Source: Candidatus Latescibacterota bacterium
GTDB taxonomy: Bacteria > Latescibacterota > UBA2968 > UBA8231
DNA length: 64,000 bases
Direction: 5' to 3'
NCBI GenBank assembly: GCA_965200315.1
Contig: OZ241362.1
Coordinates: forward strand, 3,456,001-3,520,000
The position numbers were made by a program, and so were the translations under genes. The notes below the pieces were generated by a model that had not been told where the DNA came from, searched no databases, and saw only the letters and a program-made list of their open reading frames with translations. The first letter of the stretch is position 1. Each line of letters starts with the position of its first letter. Of the stretch, positions 59,692 through 64,000 are shown piece by piece.

Positions 59692-60456
59692 ATGACAGCG
59701 GCGCTAGTCCAAATGAAAAACATCAGCAAGTCCTATGGCCAAGTGCGCGCCCTCGAAAACGTCCACCTGACGGTCGGCGAGCGCGAGATCGTCGGCTTGC
59801 TCGGCGACAATGGAGCAGGTAAATCCACCCTGATCAAAATTCTTTCCGGGGCCGTCCCCGCCAGCAGCGGCGACATCTTCATCCGCGGCGAAAAAGCCGA
59901 CATCAAGAACACAGCCGACGCCATTGGCTACGGCATTGAAACCATCTATCAGGACTCCGCCCTCGTAGCGGAATTGTCCATTGCGCGGAATTTTTTCTTG
60001 GGACGCGAGCCCCTGAAAGGCCCGGCGTTTTTAGGGCGCATGGACCAAGAGGCCATGGCGAATGTGGCCCGCACCTTGCTCAAGCAGGTGGGTATTGAAA
60101 AGGACATTCCCCCGACGACGCCCATCGGTGCGCTGTCAGGCGGCGAGCGTCAATCCGTAGCCATTGCGCGGGCCATGTACTTCGATAGCGAGCTAATCAT
60201 TCTCGACGAACCGACCAACAATTTGGGCGTGGCCGAGACGCAGGGCGTCTTGCGCTTCGTCCGCAGTGCCCGCGACTCGGGCCACTCCTGCATTTTCATC
60301 GCCCACAACATCCACCACGTCTTTGAGGTCGTGGACCGGATCGTGGTGCTGCGCCAAGGCCGCGTCGTCGCCGACGACATCGACCCCAAGGAGACGACCG
60401 TTGCCGAGGTGGAGCAGGTTATTACGGGGATGGCTAGGGGCGAACCTCGCGGTTAA
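59692..60456 (+). CDS. Sugar ABC transporter ATP-binding protein
   Basis: GDNGAGKST, LSGGERQ, ILDEPT, H-loop. Confidence 0.93.
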   Translation: MTAALVQMKNISKSYGQVRALENVHLTVGEREIVGLLGDNGAGKSTLIKILSGAVPASSGDIFIRGEKADIKNTADAIGYGIETIYQDSALVAELSIARNFFLGREPLKGPAFLGRMDQEAMANVARTLLKQVGIEKDIPPTTPIGALSGGERQSVAIARAMYFDSELIILDEPTNNLGVAETQGVLRFVRSARDSGHSCIFIAHNIHHVFEVVDRIVVLRQGRVVADDIDPKETTVAEVEQVITGMARGEPRG

Positions 60457-61536
60457 TCCGCGTTGTTGGCGATGGACACCTCGCCCGCCGCGGCTCGCTC
60501 CGCCAATTCGGTCGCTTCGCTCGTAGGTAAGTTGCCGTTTTCAACGATGAGTACGTTGCCGCCAATGCCGACGAGATTGGCTAGTCCCGGTGAGGCTGGT
60601 CAATTTTTCGTTGTTGTAGATGTTGAGGTCTTGGGCGATCTGTGCAAGGCTTTCCAATCCCGCCAACGTGGTGAGTTTTTCGTTGTTGTAGATGTTGAGA
60701 TTGCCGCCGACGCGGCTGAGACTGGCCAACCCGATGATGCTCGTCAGTTGCGGATTGCTGTAAATGCTCAGATCTTGGCCGACGTCCGTTAGGCTAGATA
60801 CGTCTTCAACCATGTCCAACGCGGCATTTCGCCCGATGCGCAAGCTGCCGCCAATCTCCTTTAGAGACGATACATCTTCTAGCGCAGTGAGAGACAAGTT
60901 GTCTTCGATGACGAAATCGCCGCCTACGCTGCTGAGATTCGAGAGGTCCTCTATGAGTTCAAGAGACGGGTTGAATGCGATGGTGAAGCTGCCGCTGACC
61001 GCGGTGAGGCCGAACAGGCCGTCGATATTGGCCAATTGGTTGTTGTTGTCGATGTGTGCATTGCCGCCGACCGCTTTGAGTTTGGTTAGGCCATCTACGG
61101 AGGTCAACTTGTCGTTGTGGGAGACTCTGAAGTGCCCGCCGATTGCGCTGAGGAAGGACAATCCCTCGATATCGGCGAGGTCGTCGTTGTCGCGGATGGT
61201 GACGTCTCCGCCCACGGAGGCGAGGTCGTTCAGCCCGTCAAAGCTTTTGAGGTTTTTGTTATCGTGGATGGTGAGGTTGCCGTCCACGGCGCTGAGTTGG
61301 TTCAAGCCCTCAAAAAGGGCGAGGTCTAGGCGCGTAATTTCGAGGTCGCCAGCAATGGTGTATTGGCACTTCCCTTCCTTTTCCAGCGCATCCGCGTCTT
61401 CGCGCGAGCGCACGATGCGGTCGCCCGGCAGAATGTTACCTGCACAGTCGCCGTTTGAGGTGCTATCCACGCCCGCGTCCTCGCCGCACCCGGCCAAGAC
61501 GAGCAACAAGACGAATAGGTTGGCCGCGGCGATCAA
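60453..61536 (-). CDS. Leucine-rich-repeat (receptor L-domain-like) lipoprotein with a +1 frameshift near 60587
   Basis: Lipobox LAG-C; about ten 25-aa repeats L..V.G.L.I..N..L....GL; removing one G restores GLANLVGIGGNVLIVEN..IANNAD* ending at 60453. Confidence 0.82.
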
Positions 61537-62777
61537 TCTAGGTACCCGAGGGCGCGCAGGCGTTCTTTGAGAATATCGGCCTCGCCGGCTGACGCATCTT
61601 GACCCTGCATCTGTTGGTAGGCGGAGCGATCTCGCAAGGCGCGATATTGCGTGCGGTAGTGGGATGGGTCAGCGCAAACTAAATCGTCGCCGTGGCGCAG
61701 GTCGCGCAGGACGTATGCGCCCGTCTGTTCATTCTCGCGGTAGAAGTGCCGCCCATCGCACAAGCACCACTCGCGGATGCCTTCGGCATAGCGCGCTATT
61801 TCCTCGCCGTCGATAGCCGTAGGCGACGTGACGCGCTCGGCGGGCAGGCGCAGATTGTCGGGGCTGAGAAAACCGATGCCGTACAGGCTGTCTAGCTCGG
61901 ATAATACCCAACGATTGGCCAACGTTGCGCTCGGCTCCAGCCAGTTTCGTCCGAACCCTTGGTAGTCAACGGGTAGGCCAGCCAAGGCCGCGATTGTCGG
62001 AAAGAGGTCTATGGCAGAAAACACCCCGTCGTGCGGAAAGGAAAATCCGCCCGGTACGTGCGCCAGCATGGGCACGTGGACCACGTTGGGATGCAATCGG
62101 TCGCCATGCGCCATAACCTCCCCACAAAACCCCTCGCCGTGATCGCCGCAGATAAAGACCGCCCACTCGTTGAGGTCGATTCGCTTGAGCAGCTCGACGA
62201 GGGAAAACTCCAGCACGTGGGTCACGGCCGCTTCGTAGTAACGCAGTGCTTCGTCCACCTGCCCGCCCGCCACCAAGTGCCCCAAATCGGGCCGATGGGG
62301 TATGTCGCCCAAGCCGTAGCCGCCATGCGTGTACCAAAAGTGGAGGAACTTAAACTGCGGTCCGCTCGGCTCGATCAGCTCGGCGCACAGGCGTTCGAGC
62401 GATCCTAAGTGCTGCTCGGTGGCCGCTGGATCAACGGGCCCGATAAAAGGCGCGAAGTCGAGGAAACGGAATACGTCCGGCCGCTCGGAAAACCCCCGGA
62501 CGCTGTACCCGGCCGCGGCAAAAACGTCGAACAGGTTGGCCACGCCGGCGAACATCTTCAGGTAGGTCTGCCCCAAAAGCCCGTGCTCAAAAGGATACAG
62601 CCCAGTGAACAGTGAGGCGTGCGAAGGGCGGGTCGCCGGCGCGGTGACAAAGTAGCGCTCGGCAAAGGCGTAATCCCGAGTCAGCAGATCGAATTTGGGC
62701 GTGTTCATCCTCGGGTTCGTCCGGCTCAGCGCATCGCGGCGCCAGCAGTCGATGGAGACAATTAGGAATTTGGACAT
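61533..62777 (-). CDS. Sulfatase-like alkaline-phosphatase-superfamily hydrolase/transferase (Thr at the nucleophile position)
   Basis: SIDCWRRD, APATRPSHASLFTGLYP..HG, GDHGE, terminal LRALGYLD. Confidence 0.85.
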   Translation of the reverse strand: MSKFLIVSIDCWRRDALSRTNPRMNTPKFDLLTRDYAFAERYFVTAPATRPSHASLFTGLYPFEHGLLGQTYLKMFAGVANLFDVFAAAGYSVRGFSERPDVFRFLDFAPFIGPVDPAATEQHLGSLERLCAELIEPSGPQFKFLHFWYTHGGYGLGDIPHRPDLGHLVAGGQVDEALRYYEAAVTHVLEFSLVELLKRIDLNEWAVFICGDHGEGFCGEVMAHGDRLHPNVVHVPMLAHVPGGFSFPHDGVFSAIDLFPTIAALAGLPVDYQGFGRNWLEPSATLANRWVLSELDSLYGIGFLSPDNLRLPAERVTSPTAIDGEEIARYAEGIREWCLCDGRHFYRENEQTGAYVLRDLRHGDDLVCADPSHYRTQYRALRDRSAYQQMQGQDASAGEADILKERLRALGYLD

Positions 62778-62837
62778 GGATTTATGGGATGGGGTAGGGG
62801 AACAGGATTTATGGGATTTTCATGTTGAATCAGCTCG

Positions 62838-64000
62838 TCAATCGAGCAGCCGTGCGTTGTACTGGCGCGGCGTATGTCGATAGCCGCCAAACCGCCCTTC
62901 TTCGAGCGGCGCGGGCGTATAGACATACACGGCATCGCCATAAGGATCGTAGAGCACTACTTCCTCGCGCCCGTCGCCGCAAACATCGGCCGGGAAGCAG
63001 TGGTACCACCCCATCTTGCCGCCGGTCGGCGCTGGCAGTTCCGGGAAGGTTGCGACCTTGTGGCCGTGGCCGTCGAAGAGGGCCGCTGGGCTGTAGAGCA
63101 AGTCCGCCTGTCCGTGGCCATTCCAGCGCACGATTTCCATGCCTGTGTTGTTGGGCGACTCATCTACTTGGAAGCGACTGAGCACCGCGCCGTCTTGCGC
63201 GACGATCATCACGTCTGCATGGTGCCCATTGTAGCGGATAGCTAATTCGCGCCCCGGTAGCTCGGGCCGCAAGTTGCCACAGCGCACCTCTTGCCCGTGC
63301 GGCACTACATCCGCCCCCAAGTGCAGCAGGCGGCGGCCGCGGCCGTCGAGCACTTGGCCGCCGCCCGAGACTATGGCGGCTGGTTCCGTTCCCCACCGAT
63401 CTACCAACACGCTGTCTGCATGGTCGCCCAGAAAGGTTTCCCACAAGACGCTTCCGTCGTGGTCGAGGCCGAAGTGCCCGCCGTTGACCTCGTCGCACCC
63501 ATCGCCGTCCAAGTCGCCGACGGCCGGAATGTACGCCGCGTGTGCTGGATAGCGATGCCACTTGCTGCGATAGTGCCACAGCACTTCGAGCCGGTCGTTG
63601 AACGCGAGGACATCGCTGCCGAGCTTGACGACAAAATCGCGTGGCTGGTCGTGCCCGGCGAAGTTGGCGATCAGCAGCCGCTGATGCACGTAGTTGGGGA
63701 TGTGCATTGCCCCATCTGCGTAGGCATTGCAGCGCGCCAGTTCCGCGGGCGCGGCGCAGTGTTTGACCGCGCCCGTGCGCCCGTCGAGGATGGCGATGTG
63801 CATGTCTACGAGGTTCCATTTGCTGGTGAGTTTTACCTCGGGATCGACGAGCAAGCAGAGGACCTCTTGCCGCCCGTCTTGGTCTATGTCGCAGATGGCC
63901 ACCGGCCCCGGGCGGTCGGGAGAAATGGTCGTGAGGCGGCCCGGCCCATCCGCGTCGAGAGCGGTGAAATCCCGATCCCCCACCGCCCACAGCGGCTCGC
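62838..64000 (-). CDS. FG-GAP/rhamnogalacturonan-lyase-like beta-propeller protein; 5' end outside the window
   Basis: Ca-binding DIDQDGRQE, DLDGDGCDE, DVCGDGREE motifs; frame is open to the window edge. Confidence 0.75.
   Translation of the reverse strand, partial: EPLWAVGDRDFTALDADGPGRLTTISPDRPGPVAICDIDQDGRQEVLCLLVDPEVKLTSKWNLVDMHIAILDGRTGAVKHCAAPAELARCNAYADGAMHIPNYVHQRLLIANFAGHDQPRDFVVKLGSDVLAFNDRLEVLWHYRSKWHRYPAHAAYIPAVGDLDGDGCDEVNGGHFGLDHDGSVLWETFLGDHADSVLVDRWGTEPAAIVSGGGQVLDGRGRRLLHLGADVVPHGQEVRCGNLRPELPGRELAIRYNGHHADVMIVAQDGAVLSRFQVDESPNNTGMEIVRWNGHGQADLLYSPAALFDGHGHKVATFPELPAPTGGKMGWYHCFPADVCGDGREEVVLYDPYGDAVYVYTPAPLEEGRFGGYRHTPRQYNARLLD

Noticed and set aside
62779-62819. GGATTTATGGGAT direct repeat between two genes
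   Set aside because: Two 13-bp copies only, with no supporting context for a function.

Overview
GC-rich bacterial chromosomal window. Four PhyH-family dioxygenase genes or fragments, sulfatases, Kelch/LRR/PQQ-propeller proteins and a C-terminal TTWGRIK motif suggest, by inference only, a Latescibacterota/Poribacteria/Gemmatimonadota-like sponge-type symbiont. The backbone has a nfeD-nfeD-floA operon ending in tRNA-Leu(CAA), hrpA, coxD-coxE-xdhC/moaA molybdoenzyme maturation genes, a FolC-ATP-grasp fusion, ltaE, mlrC, a TonB receptor, an ABC-F ATPase and a sugar ABC transporter. Accessory DNA is abundant and mostly eroded: four broken toxin-antitoxin loci (Xre/RES, AbiEi, HicBA, nucleotidyltransferase-type), a broken type II R-M system, two IS5-family remnants flanking an IS1595 with an HsdS-like passenger, and two MITE families carrying REP-like hairpins. 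Two intact accessory modules stand out. The first is a translationally coupled anti-sigma-like GHKL kinase + stand-alone STAS + 2-TM protein cassette (14448-16385) flanked by 110-bp direct repeats, a candidate kinase-gated membrane-effector defence system. The second is an AT-rich unit (51167-52874) with a promoter, a strongly base-paired ~135-nt RNA, two small ORFs (one a 37-aa membrane peptide) and a GTPase-DUF697-like protein. No CRISPR array was seen. All family assignments come from motif recognition, not database searches.
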